A program made the position numbers and the translations under genes. This document shows, piece by piece, positions 10,102-21,213 of a DNA stretch of 64,000 nucleotides. This DNA comes from an uncultured Planctomycetota bacterium (GTDB lineage Bacteria; Planctomycetota; PLA2; JAEUHO01). The notes below the pieces were generated by a model. The model was not told the DNA's origin, ran no database searches, and saw only the letters and a list, made by a program, of their open reading frames with translations. The stretch's first letter is position 1. Every line of letters begins with the position of its first letter. The stretch spans positions 320,001 to 384,000 of the forward strand of contig CAVVXN010000005.1 of the NCBI GenBank assembly GCA_963752285.1, read 5' to 3'.

Positions 10102-13100
10102 TCACTTCTCGCGGGCGGCGAGGCGGGCACGCCACGTGTCGGCGTCGTCCTTCCGGTCGAGCGCGAAGTAGCAGTCCACGAGCGCCTGGATCGTCTCGGT
10201 GATCCTCGGCTTGGCCAGCGGGGGCATCGAGGACTCCTTGGCGAGCAGGCCTTCGGCCGCGGCGCGCAGGATCGGCTCCGCCTCCTTCGGCCGCTTCTCT
10301 TCGAGCAGCGCGCGACCGACGCACGCGCGTGCGGAGGGAAGGGCCCACGAGTCCGGCAGGAGCTTCTCGCGGATCGCGAGGGCGGCGCGGGCGGCGGCCT
10401 CCGCGTCTTCGGCTTCGCCGGTCCGGAGGAGGAACTGCGCGAGCATCAGCTGCAGCGAGGCGAAGCTCGATCTGCTCCTGCGGCGCGTCGCCCCGGGGGT
10501 GGCCGATCTCCTTTCGGACGATCTCGATCGCCTTCTTCTCGCGCCCTTCGTCGCGAGGACGGCGCCGAGGTACGCATCGAGCCAGTGGTGGACGACGGGG
10601 TCCTCGCCCCTGAGCGTCACGGCCGTCTCCAGGTGGGGGAGCGCCTCCTTCGGACGGTTCAGCCCGAGCAGCATGGTGCCGAGCTCCGCGCGGGCCCTGA
10701 GCATGAGGAGATCGTCGGGCGGGGCCACCTCGATCCAGGTCTCGACGTACTTCTCGAGGCGGGAGGCCGCCTCCTCGAGGTTTCCCTTCTGGGCGTAGTA
10801 CTCGGCGAGGATCTCCGCCATGTGGAGGGTGGTCGTGTCGCGCCAGCCGTGCTCCTTCACCTGGTCCTCGAGCCCCGCCGTCCGGAACCGGATCGCGTCG
10901 TCCCAGCGGTGGAGGTCCTGGAAGCAGCCCGCGAGGAGGTTGGCGGCCCTCGTGGTCCGGTACTCCGGCCGGTCGGGCGCGGCGTCGTAGCGCCGGGCGG
11001 CCTCGCGGTCGTGCCCGAGCGCATCGGTCATGAGGCCGGCGTTTCGCTCGTCGATGGCCAGGTTCAGGAGCGTGAACACGAGGGCCGGCGCGTTCTCGGT
11101 TCGCCGCTCGCGGTCCTTCAAAGCTCTCGAGGATCTCGGCCGCCCGGTCGTACTGCTTCCGCTCGAAGTACTTCACGCCGACCCCCTCGAATCGGTTCAG
11201 CGCGTCGCCGAACAGCTTCGCGTCCTCCTGCTGCTCGATTTCGATCCGGCGTGAAGCGGGCGGCCTCCTCGAGCCGGCCGAGATGGAGGAAGCAGATGGC
11301 CAGGCTGTCTCGCCGCCACGAGCGTCCCGTAGGCGGGGTCGTCGGACCGGGCCGCGTAGCCCTTGGCGGCCTGCTCGAAGAAGGGCGTGCGCCTCTTCCT
11401 TCTGACCGATGTGCTCGAGGCACATGGCCAGGCTGCTCGTCGTGAAGACGGTGTCCGGGGCCGTAGGGCCCTCGTGCGCCGTGTCCAGGGCGAGGAGCTG
11501 GCGCAGGACCTTCGCGGCCTCCGCGTGCTGGTCGCGGCGGATGAGCGCCGACGCGAGGAGGAACCCGGCCTCGTGGGCCCGCTCTGCAGTGGACTCGCCG
11601 GGGGTTGGCGGGAGGGCGTCGAGTACCCGGCGGAGGCACGGGATCGCCTCGTCGCCCTTGCCGAGGTTGAGGTAGCACAGGGCGAGCTGTGACTGGACGT
11701 CGGGCTCGTCGTATCCGGCGTGCTCGGCGTCGGCGTCGTACCGCTTCAGCGCCTCCTCTTACGAGCGCCGCGCGTCGTCGGGACGACCCGCCGCCCGACG
11801 GCAGGCGGCGATGTCGCAGAGCGCGCGGAACACCTGCACGCTGTTCTCGCCGCGCCGTTCCGTGGCCAGCTTGCGGTACTCCTCGAAGTACTGGACGGCC
11901 TGGTCGAAGCGGCCCGCGTCCTGGTACGCCGTGCCGGCGACGTCCAGCACGTCCATCACGTCGGAGCCCTTGCCGCCCGTCGCCTTCCGCAGGCGGTCGA
12001 GCACGGCGTCGACCGGGGAGAAGGCTCGCGACCTGTCCGCGCGGCATGAGGATCTGCGTCAGGGTGTGGACGGCCTGGCTCACGGCCGAGACGGGGGGCC
12101 GCGGGGTTCTCGAGCACTTCGGTGAGGAGAGGGAGCGCCTCGTTCGTGCGGCCGACGAAGAAGTAGTTCGTCCCGAGGTTGCAGCGCGCGGTCTCGGTCG
12201 TCGAGGCGTCGCTTCCGAGCGAGGCCTCGGCGAGCTTCACGGCCTCCTCGAGCACGCTGACCGCCTGGTCGTACTGGCCGTTCGACCAGAACGAGGCGCC
12301 CAGGTTGTTCATCGCCGAGATCGTGCGTGCGTCGCCCGGGCCGTACGTCGCCTTGAAGGGCGCTCTTACTCGGTCGTGACGAGCGCGTGCGCCCCGGCGG
12401 CGTCCCCCGTCTCCCGGCGCAGCAGGGCCAGGGTGTGCATGACCCGCTTCGTGATCGGGTGGCCCGGGTCGAAGAGGGCCAGCGCCTCGCGGAAGGCCTC
12501 TTCTGAGAGCTTTCGCGCGTCGTTCGGCCGATGGTCCACCCGGAGCACGTTCGCCAACACGTCGAGCGCGTGGAGCGTGGCCGGATTCCGGACCCCGTAG
12601 CGGGCGCGGAGGACCTTGGCGACCTGCTCCAGGAGCGGCAGGGCCTCGGGGCACGCGGTCGAGCGCGGCGTAGCACATCGCGAGAGCGCTCTGGACCCCG
12701 AGCGTCCCGTCGCCCTCCGGGCCCGGGTCCTTCCGGAACGCCGCGAGGGCCTCTTCCAGGTAGGGGAGGGCCTCGGCGGGGCGGCCCGCGCTTTGGAGCA
12801 CCGTGCCGAGGTGCGCGCGGCAGCGGACGCGGACCGGATCCGACGCCGAGCGCGCGTCGGTGCAGGTCCACCGCCTCGCGACACACCTCGAGCGCCCGCG
12901 GGAGCTGCTCGGCCGTGAGAAGCACGCCTCCGAGCTCGCTGAGGGCGTCGAGGGTCTCGTCCGCGTCGGGGCCGAAGTGCTTCCGGTAGCGGTCGACGGC
13001 GGCTTCGAGGAGGGGGACCCGCGCCCGGTCGCCCAAGCGAGGCGAGCGCACTCCCCAGGCGGATCTGCATGCCGCCCGCCACGACGGGGTCCTCGAACGC

Positions 13101-14713
13101 GTCGCCTTCGAGCTTCTTCGCCGTCGCCTCGAGCTTCGTCGCGAGGACCTGCTGCAGCGGGACCTCGTCCGACGCGATCTCCTCGGGCGTCACGGACTGG
13201 AAGATCGACCCCAGGAGGTCGTTCGCCTGCTGCACCTGCGCGAGGCGGCGGTTGGCCTTCTCCCCGTTCGCGAGCCGTTCCCCCTCGGCGCGCTTCGCCT
13301 CGGCGGCCCGCGCCTCGTCGGCGATCCGGCGCTGCTCGTTCGCCTGCACGAGGCTCCAGAGCGTCCCGACGACGCCCACGAGCAGGACGACGGCGATCGC
13401 CAGCGTCGCGCGTCGCCGGCGGCGCTCCGCGTCGGCGCGGAGACGCGCCTGCTCGGCCGCGGCCTCCTCGCGCTCGGCGCGGGCCTGCTCCTGCGCCGCG
13501 CGGGCGCGCGACTGCGCCTCGCGGGCCTGGGCCTCGGCGGCCTCCGTGCGCGCGTGCGCGGCGTCGAGCAGGGCGCGTCGGGCGCGCTCCTCGACGGCCG
13601 ACAGGTAGCTCGTCACCCGCTCGGCGACCTCGCGCGCGGAAGCGAGACGCGCATCGCGGTCCGCGCTCAGGCACGACGAGACGAGGGCGACGAGGTCCTC
13701 GTCGGCTTCCGCGCCGGCGAGACGGTCCTGCCAGTCGCCCGGGTCGGCCCGGAGCGCCTTCACGAGGCGTTCCATGGGCGTGCCCCCTGGGGCGGGCTGG
13801 CCCGTCAGGATCTCGAGGAGGATCGCGCCGAGCGCGAACACGTCGCTCCGCGTGTCGATCTCGCCGAGCGCCCCGCGCGCCTGTTCCGGCGGCATGTAGC
13901 CGGGCGTCCCCATCGCCGAGCCGAGCGTCGAGCGGAGGTCGGGACGGTCCACCTCCTCGGACGCGGGCTCCACGGGGACGTCGGCGGGGAGGGGCTCCTC
14001 GGGCGTGTCGTCGCCGCCGAGCACCTTGCCCATGCCCCAGTCCACGACCTGGACCTCGCCGAAGGCGCCGACCATCACGTTGGCGGGCTTCAGGTCGCGG
14101 TGGATCACGCCGCGGGCGTGTGCATAGGCGAGGGTCTGCGCGATCTGCTCGAAGATCCCGAGGAAGCGGCGTCGGTCGGCCTTGACGTCGTCGCGCGCCT
14201 CGAGGAGCTCGGCGAGGGACTTCCCCCGGATGAGCTTCATCGCGAAGAACGGCCGTCCCTCCTGGAGCCCGAGGTCGTAGACGGGCACCACGCCAGGGTG
14301 CTGGAGCTGGCCACCGATCTGCGCCTCTTCGACGAAGCGCCGCACGATCTCGGGTCGGCGCTGGTACTCGTCGCGGAGGACCTTGATCGCCACCTCGCGA
14401 CCGAGGTCCACGTCGCGCGCCTGGAGCACCAGGCCCACGCCCCCGCGGCCGAGCTCGCCGAGGAGCCGGTACTTCCCCTGGAACGGCGTCTCTTCGCCTG
14501 ACGGCGCGGCGGACGTCGCGCCTCCTCGTCGCTCGTCGGGCGGAGCGTCACCCGGACGCGGCTCCCGAGCTCGCGCTCGATCCTCGGAAGCGTCGTGTCG
14601 GCGCTCCCGGGTTCGCCGGCGCCCGGCGGGGGGGCCGGCGGCTCGCCCCCGCTCGCGCTCGGAGGCGGAGCGGACGGTCGGTCCGGACGCGTCTCTCGGT
14701 CGTCGTCGCTGAC
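10102..14713 (-). pseudogene. Ser/Thr protein kinase with long TPR C-terminus, multiply frameshifted
   Basis: [36 protein letters not shown] in 12366..14924; TPR pieces (MNNLGASF, HPITKRVMHTLA) spread over several frames down to 10102. Confidence 0.85.
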
Positions 14714-15061
14714 CCTGCCCCCCCGTGACGTCTGCCTCGCACCGACGGCGGGCCGCCGGCGCGCCCCCCGGAGCCTCGCGACGCGCGAATTCCCGGAGGC
14801 GGCGCATTCTAGCCACCGCAGGGCGCGGCCCGGTCCCCACGGCGAGGTTTCCCCGCCAGGGGGATCGGTGCGGGCGCACACACGGACGGTCCTCGTGGCG
14901 GGACCTAAGCGCGTAGCAGGTCACGGGCGTTCGGATACCCTCCTCGCCCCGCGGATCGGCGGCTCCCCGTGGAGGCGAGCCGTGCGCCGGCGGGCTGGGC
15001 GGGGGATCTGGGCGTGTGTCGTGGGAGCGGCGGTCGACGCGCTTCCCGAGGAGGTCATTCG

Positions 15062-15569
15062 ATGCATGCTTCGAAGATCTGGATCGTGGTGGCGGTGGCG
15101 GTGGCCGCCGGGTTCTTCGGCGGTCGTGCGTGGACGGGAGAGGACGAGCAGCCCTCGGGCGGCATGGATCCGTCGCTCATGCAGCCGGGCGAGGAACACA
15201 AGGCGATGGCCGACGTCGTCGGCACCTGGGATCTCGTCAGCGAGATGACGGCGCCGGGCGGCCAGACGATGTCGACGAAGGGGACGGCGACGTTCGAGAT
15301 GATCCTCGGCGGTCGCTATCTCGTCCAGAAGGTGAAGGCCGATCCCATGATGCCCGGCGGCGGCCCGTTCGAGGGTCTGGGCATCGAGGGCTACGACCGC
15401 GTGGCCAAGCAGCACTTCTCGACGTGGTTCGACAACATGGGCACCGGACACATGGACAGCACCGGCCAGCGGTCGGAGGACGGCAAGGTCCTCCACGATG
15501 ACGGGCGAGGGCGACTTCGGCGAGGGACCGATGAAGTACCGCGAGGTCATGACGAAGACGGGCCCCGAC
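15062..15569 (+). pseudogene. DUF1579-like secreted protein, frameshifted and truncated by the IS91-like end
   Basis: PGEEHKAMADVVGTW...ILGGRYL...FEGLGIEGYD...STWFDNMGTG. Confidence 0.7.
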
Positions 15570-15915
15570 TCGTGGCGTTGATCCTCGACCCGAAGACGGT
15601 GGACCGAATCCTCAGCCATCGGCGCGAGCGAGGGCTCGAGTCGGCGTTCGAGGGGCCGCCCGCGAGGGCGCCGCCGGCGGCGTAGGGCGAACGAAGAGAC
15701 TTCGGGAGGAGGAGGGGGGCCGTCGTGTGGAGGCGGGCGGGAGCGGTACGTCCCCGTTGGCCGCCCCGGGCCTTGCGAGAGGGACCCAGAGTGCCGAGAA
15801 TCCGGGCATGGGCCCGTACGGCGCAGATCCCGAGCGCGAGGAGGTGCGAAGCGGTCGACACAACCCTTGCGCGACCACGCGACGCCGCCCACGACGAGGA
15901 TTCAATGTCCTATGC
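15570..15915 (+). mobile_element. IS91-family 3' end, copy 3
   Basis: Near-identical to the last ~345 bp of copy 2; ends GGATTCAATGTCCTATGC. Confidence 0.8.
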
Positions 15916-16187
15916 GTGGGGCAGAGGTTCGACCGTACGAACGCGAGTTCGGGGGCCACGGCCAGGGGGACGATGTGGTCCACCTGCACGGCGAGGACGG
16001 TCAGCCCGAGGCGCGCGCACTCCCGGCAGAGCGGCTCGTCGCGCAGCACCTGGGCACGCACGGCCTGCCAGCGGGCGGACCCGTGGATGCGGGCCACGAC
16101 GGGGTCGCGGCGGGTGCGGTTGTACTCCCGGTCCGCGTGGCGGCGGGTGCCTAGGATCCCAGCATGCGTGCGCGGCTTCGAAGGCAT
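15916..16187 (-). pseudogene. Phage-type HNH endonuclease, truncated
   Basis: RWQAVRAQVLRDEPLCRECA...VDHIVPL...SNLCP, cut before the final CxxCH. Confidence 0.8.
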
Positions 16188-16242
16188 CGGTGCCTCGGGG
16201 CGCGCCGGCTGGGATCAGCGCGCAGGAATCCTACCATGGAGG

Positions 16243-16311
16243 CCCTCCGGCCACACCGGCATCACTGGCGACAGGAGCGGAGCATGCAGACCCACGACGA
16301 GACAGGTGCGA
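16243..16311 (+). repeat. Uninterrupted copy of the IS66 target region (5926-5989 + 8431-8435)
   Basis: 69 bp, one mismatch; contains an RBS and MQTHDETG. Confidence 0.85.
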
Positions 16312-16558
16312 TTCGAACCGATCTAGTGGTCACCGTCGTGTTGACCGCTGTGGCGCTGGGCCTTGGTATGTTCCTCGGCACGACGCTCTTGGGGAAGCCA
16401 ACGACAGCGTCGTCCCCACGCGCTGGAGTCGCTCAAGTCAGAGATCGTCCGAGAAGCATCCTCCCCATGACAAGCGATCGCGCGGCCATTGACGAACCGT
16501 GGCAACCGGACACTCGTGCGAGACGGCATTCTTCCCCGGAGCCATCCACCTGCTTGGG

Positions 16559-17266
16559 TCAGTTCTCCTGCGCGGCGAGAATCGCGCGCGACAAGGGCTC
16601 TGGCACTTCGAAGTAGGACAGCGCCCACTCCACATACGCGCGATCTGGGTGCGGTCGGACTCGGGCAAGAAGCTCGGCGAACGGCGCCACGGCGCTGCCC
16701 CCCCTGCCCATACCTGACTCAACGATGCTCTTGGCCTCGGGCCAGCTCATCCGGTTGGTCCTTCTGAGATAGGGTATCAACGTTAATCCGACGTTCCACT
16801 GTGTGATGCGTCCTTCCGCCGCGCATGCGATCAACGTACTGTCAAGTAGTTCCTGCGTCTGCCCATCGACCGTCAAGGCGCTCATCTGCTTCTCGAAATC
16901 GAACCAACTCGAGGTCTCAATCGCCTTCACAAGCCGTCGCTCGTCCGCTGCCGTCGCCTCCACCTCGACAGGCGACTCGACCTGGGCGGCGTCGTCATCG
17001 ACAGAAGCCGGTTGATGCATGCTGCACACGTCGGACCTGCTTGTTTCGGGCAATGGCTCCTGCGATTGCTTCGCTCGGGCCTCGCTGCCGTGGACATGCT
17101 GGCGGCCAACCAGTACCGCCGGGGAGGTGGGCCTACAACGAGCCACCTCCCCCGTAGACGCATTGGTAGGTCGCACGCCGCATCTTGAGCGCTCAAGATG
17201 AGCGCTCAGGATCCAGACGCCGAGCAAACTAGCCAGCCAGCAAACAATCCACGGGATGCGGCGCAT
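16559..17266 (-). CDS. Hypothetical protein with signal peptide
   Basis: MRRIPWIVCWLASLLGVWILSA leader; 235 aa. Confidence 0.5.
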   Translation of the reverse strand: MRRIPWIVCWLASLLGVWILSAHLERSRCGVRPTNASTGEVARCRPTSPAVLVGRQHVHGSEARAKQSQEPLPETSRSDVCSMHQPASVDDDAAQVESPVEVEATAADERRLVKAIETSSWFDFEKQMSALTVDGQTQELLDSTLIACAAEGRITQWNVGLTLIPYLRRTNRMSWPEAKSIVESGMGRGGSAVAPFAELLARVRPHPDRAYVEWALSYFEVPEPLSRAILAAQEN

Positions 17267-17277
17267 GGGTGTGCTCG

Positions 17278-18144
17278 TCAGGAATTCTGGCGCACGAAGG
17301 AAGGGGAAAAGGGGAGAGCAAGTCCGTCCCTCCGCGACATGGTGAGGTAGCCGAGCTGGAGGAGCGCGTCGCGCACGGCGCGCCGCTCCACGATCTCCTG
17401 TTCGCGTGCCGGGAGCGGGCCTTCGGGCGGCAGGTGACGCGCCTGCCGCACCCGGGCTCTCGCGCTCTCGCAGGTCGTTTCGAATGCGATTCGCTCCCGC
17501 TCTTCGAGCGGCCGCCGGGCCGCGAAGGCCTCCTCGGCCGTCGGCCGATGATACCCGGGGCGCGCCGTGTTGATCCAGCGCCGGGCTTCCTGGAGGTCCT
17601 CGCCGCTCCAGCGGCCCTCGCGCCCGGCGCGCCGCGCGAGGTGGTCGGCATGAACCGAGAGCCAGCCGATGGTGGACTTGACCGAGCCGTTGTAGCGGGG
17701 CGTTGCGCCCGGGCTCGTCAGCCAGCGCAGCCGATGGCGCCGGGCAAGCTCTTCCGGGATCGGTCCGCGGAAGGCCTGGTCGCCCTTGATGGCCAGCGGC
17801 GCTCCGTGCTCGGCGATGAGCCGATCGAGCGAGGCCGCCACCTCTTCGAGGCCCTTCGTCGTGAACGGGGCGGCCCCCAGCACCGCGCCCGAGGCGAGAT
17901 CCTTCACCACCAGCACGTAGCCGACCAGCCCGGCGACGACATGGCTGGCGGCCACCGAGAACCAGCGAAGAATCTGGTCTTCCCCCGTGAGGAAGGCCTC
18001 GGGGGAGCGTTCGGCGTCCAGGCGCTCGAGCCCTTGGACGACCTCCTCCAGGACCACCGCCAGGCCCTCCCGGACCCGCCGCGCGAACTGGTCTCGCCGC
18101 TCAGGCATGAACGCCGGGGCTCCGATCGGGTACGAATGGGCCAT
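17278..18144 (-). mobile_element. IS3/IS481-like integrase-core transposase, degenerate
   Basis: YVLVVKDLASG, HGAPLAIKGD, SPGATPRYNGSVKS, WINTARP (rve-like, catalytic E apparently lost); weak IRs near 17272 and 18217. Confidence 0.65.
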
Positions 18145-18570
18145 TCCCGTGTCCCTCCGCTTCGGGTTGGGTTGCTACCCCCGAAATCGGTTGGAGGAGA
18201 GAATCTCATAGAGATCACCCGCGTTCTCCACCCCGACTGTCGCCGGTAGCTGCAGCGTCTGGCCTGGACTTACAGTCAACTGCTCAGCAGCACCGCCGAG
18301 CGAAAGCGTGTACCGCGGAAGCCTGGGGAGCTTCGTGCCGTCGTCGGTGTCATCCTGGCCGATCACGTCGGGACCCTGCACGCTTCGAGTGCCATCGTTA
18401 GTCGCCTTCCAGGCGATGGCGTCGAACGTCATACCATTCGCGTTCTCGAAGCAGATCGTGAACGTGTAGGTGCCGTTCCCGAAGCCCTCCGCGTCTGGGC
18501 CTGACGGATCATTCGTGTAGACGTTCAGGTTGCCGTTCGTGTCCTTGGCCGCCCGCCACGTCTGTCCCCG

Positions 18571-19104
18571 ATGACGACCTGGTCCGGGGGAGCGGGCGCG
18601 GCCTCGAGCAACTCGGCGGACAGCGAGACGCGGCATGTCGTGTCGGGCGGTGCGCAGAACTGCGGCGTGATCCTCCCGACCGAAGCGGATGCGAAGGCGG
18701 GAGGCGGGTCGAATCCTGCAGTCGTCGAGGCGAGCAAGACCGTCGCGGCGTACCGAGCCATGCTGCAGCTTGCGCTGTCCGATCCGTCGGTGATGCCGGA
18801 CCGGATCGCGATGCTGTCCACGAAGCTGGCCGAGTCGCAGGAAGCCCTGGCGGCCGCGCAGTCCGCTGCGAACGTGCAGCACGTCGTGAACTACAACTTC
18901 CAGTCGAGCCGGATCAACCAGATCCCGTTCAGCAGCTCGAGCAGCGACGGGCGACCGCGGCCGGAGACGGTGGCGCCGGTTGCGAAGGCGGCCGAGACGG
19001 TGGGCACGGCCGTGTTCTCCGACGAGATCTACGAGAGTGCCCCGGCGGCACCTGAAGCCCCTGCGACTGACGCGGCCCCGGTGGGGTCGCCCGATGGAGC
19101 CTGA
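18571..19104 (+). CDS. Hypothetical protein, possibly phage-derived
   Basis: 177-aa ORF overlapping the next gene. Confidence 0.45.
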   Translation: MTTWSGGAGAASSNSADSETRHVVSGGAQNCGVILPTEADAKAGGGSNPAVVEASKTVAAYRAMLQLALSDPSVMPDRIAMLSTKLAESQEALAAAQSAANVQHVVNYNFQSSRINQIPFSSSSSDGRPRPETVAPVAKAAETVGTAVFSDEIYESAPAAPEAPATDAAPVGSPDGA

Positions 19105-19303
19105 TCCCGTCATGCGCTACCTGAAGATCGCGACCGGCATCCTGGCGGTGATCCTGGGCCTGGCTGCGGGCGGGGTCCTCTGCGGCTGCAGCGGCCCACT
19201 GACGATCGGCAAGACGGCCAGCGGCGGGGACAAGGTCACGTTCCCGGCCCTCACCTACCCCCGCCAGCTCGCGCCCTGCCCCGCCCCGCCCGACGCGGAA
19301 TGA
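19094..19303 (+). CDS. Small lipoprotein
   Basis: Hydrophobic leader with lipobox-like VLCGC; overlaps both neighbours. Confidence 0.5.
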   Translation: MEPDPVMRYLKIATGILAVILGLAAGGVLCGCSGPLTIGKTASGGDKVTFPALTYPRQLAPCPAPPDAE

Positions 19304-19700
19304 AGTACTCCGAGGCCCGTGGCAGCGTCGAGGACGGCGATGTCCTCCACTTCGAGTCCCGCGGCCTTGTCGCCCACGTCATCCGGTGGGCCACGCGCTC
19401 CCGCTTCTCCCACGTCGGCCTTGCGGTCTGGATCCACGGCCGCCTCATGGTCGCCGAGTCGCGCGAGCTCCGGGGCTGCCGCCTGATCCCCCTCAGCAGC
19501 GCCCTGGTGGCCTCTCGCGCGCACCTCCTCACGCCCGCCCTCTGGGCCAATCTCGACCGGGGCACCGTCGTGGACGCCGCCCTGCAGCGCCTGGGCCAGC
19601 CCTACGGCTACCTGCGCCTCGTGCGGATCGCCCTCTCGAAGCTGCCGACCTCCCTCCTGCGCAAGCTGCCGGTCGTCGGGCCGTTCACCGTCGCGAGCGG
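19300..19700 (+). pseudogene. Permuted papain-like NlpC/P60 (YiiX/YebB-like) protein, C-terminally truncated
   Basis: GDVLHF...IRWATRSRFSHVGL...LGQPYGY; the downstream catalytic Cys segment is missing. Confidence 0.7.
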
Positions 19701-19839
19701 CGTGACCGTGCCGCCGGCGTTCGAGCCCAGCATCAGCGAGCCGCCGCCGACGACGTCCGGGTTGCGCCCGCGACCCACAGTGAGTAGGGTTCCCGCCGCG
19801 GTCGTCTGGGTCCGGGCCGCCGGGAGGGGGGAACGCATC

Positions 19840-20814
19840 GTGATTCGATTCCATTGGACGATGGGAGTGGCCGTCCTGGCCGTCTGCGGCGCGGCCTGCG
19901 GGACGAGCGGGCGTGAGCAGCGGGCCGTGGAGTACTGGGTGAGCGCCTCGAGTGGCAGCGACTCGAACCCCGGCAGCTACACGTAGCCCTTCCGGACCAT
20001 CACCCACGCGCTCTCGGTCGTGAGCAACGGGCAGATCGTCACCGTCGCACCGGGGCTCTACGACGTGAAGAACGGCGAGACCTTCCCCCTGGTGGTGCCC
20101 CTCTACGTCACGTTGCAGGGCGACGTCGCCAACGCCGGCATGCCCGCCACCGGACAGCCGACCTTGATCCAGGGGTTCGGGCCGAGCGGGCTCTCGTCCC
20201 CGGACACCGCTACGCTGCGAGCGCTTGCCGGCGCGCGCATCGCGGGCTTCACCATCGTGAACCCCGAGGTGGTGAATGGTCCGGCCAATTCGATCGGGAT
20301 CCTGATCCGCGCTGCGTTCGTCGAGGTGGACTCGTGCACGATCACGAGGTGCACGGAGGGGATCCGCTTCTTCGGGAGCCCGAGCACCAGCGCCGTGCCC
20401 GTGGCATGCGTGGTGAAACGGAGCTACCTCGTGGGAGACCTGATCGGGATGAACGCGGACGTGTACAAGGCGACGGGCGTGCGCGTGGAGGAGAACCACT
20501 TCGAGGACTGCTACCGCGGGGCCCTGGCGGACGGCGCGGGCGTGGACTTCGGTGGCGGCCCGCAGGGCAGCAAGGGCCGGAACGTGTTCCGGTGCAACGA
20601 CGTGCACATCGTCGCGGCCGGAGCCCTGATCGGCGACGACCGAGTCGATCCGTACGTGCTCTGGGCCAGCAACAACCAGTGGGATCCCGCCCCTCCCCCC
20701 ATCGTTCCCGTCGTGTACGCGGGTCTCAGGCCGGAGACGGGCGAGGTCGGATACCTGGAGGGCGTGACCGTCGTCGTGTTCCCCGCCTTCTCGGCCGACC
20801 CTTGCCCGCCCTGA
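19840..20814 (+). pseudogene. DUF1565 / beta-helix lipoprotein interrupted by an in-frame TAG (19984-19986)
   Basis: YWVSASSGSDSNPGSYT*PFRTITHAL...VAPGLY...GETFPL continues in one frame. Confidence 0.75.
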
Positions 20815-20947
20815 TTCCGGTACCTGCCATCCGCGGGCGGACGGTGCCCGAGTCGACGGCCCGGGCGCCTACCCAGTCTCCATCGTCTCGTGCAGCACGG
20901 ACGCGGCAGCGGGTCCTCCGTGCGATCTCCTCTCGCTTCGACCGCTA

Positions 20948-21033
20948 CGCTCGGCGCAGCTGGCCCGGTCCCTTCGTGACGGAGCGTGGCTTCCCGTCAC
21001 TTCGCGGTGGGAGCTGGCCCGCCTCCGTACTCC
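20948..21033 (+). repeat. Intergenic two-hairpin repeat, copy A
   Basis: Aligns without gaps to the reverse complement of 34279-34364. Confidence 0.7.
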
Positions 21034-21213
21034 GAAGGACTCACCGAGGACCCACGCGGAGGGCGTCGTGCCGACAGCGCGAAGGTAGGGCCGACCGCAC
21101 GCGCTTCCAGGGTCTTGGTCCCGCTTTCCCGAACCGGGCCGTTCCGTTCGACCCGGGTTCGGGCAATACTCCCCGCGCTCGCTGGGGGAGGCCCGGCTGG
21201 GGGAGGTGCCCGG

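Noticed and set aside
20948..21033. Two-hairpin repeat as a known riboswitch, group II intron domain V or serine-recombinase remnant
   Set aside because: It lacks the consensus motifs I know. The peptide TERGFPSLRGGSW resemblance is short, and the Trp is not kept in the other copies.
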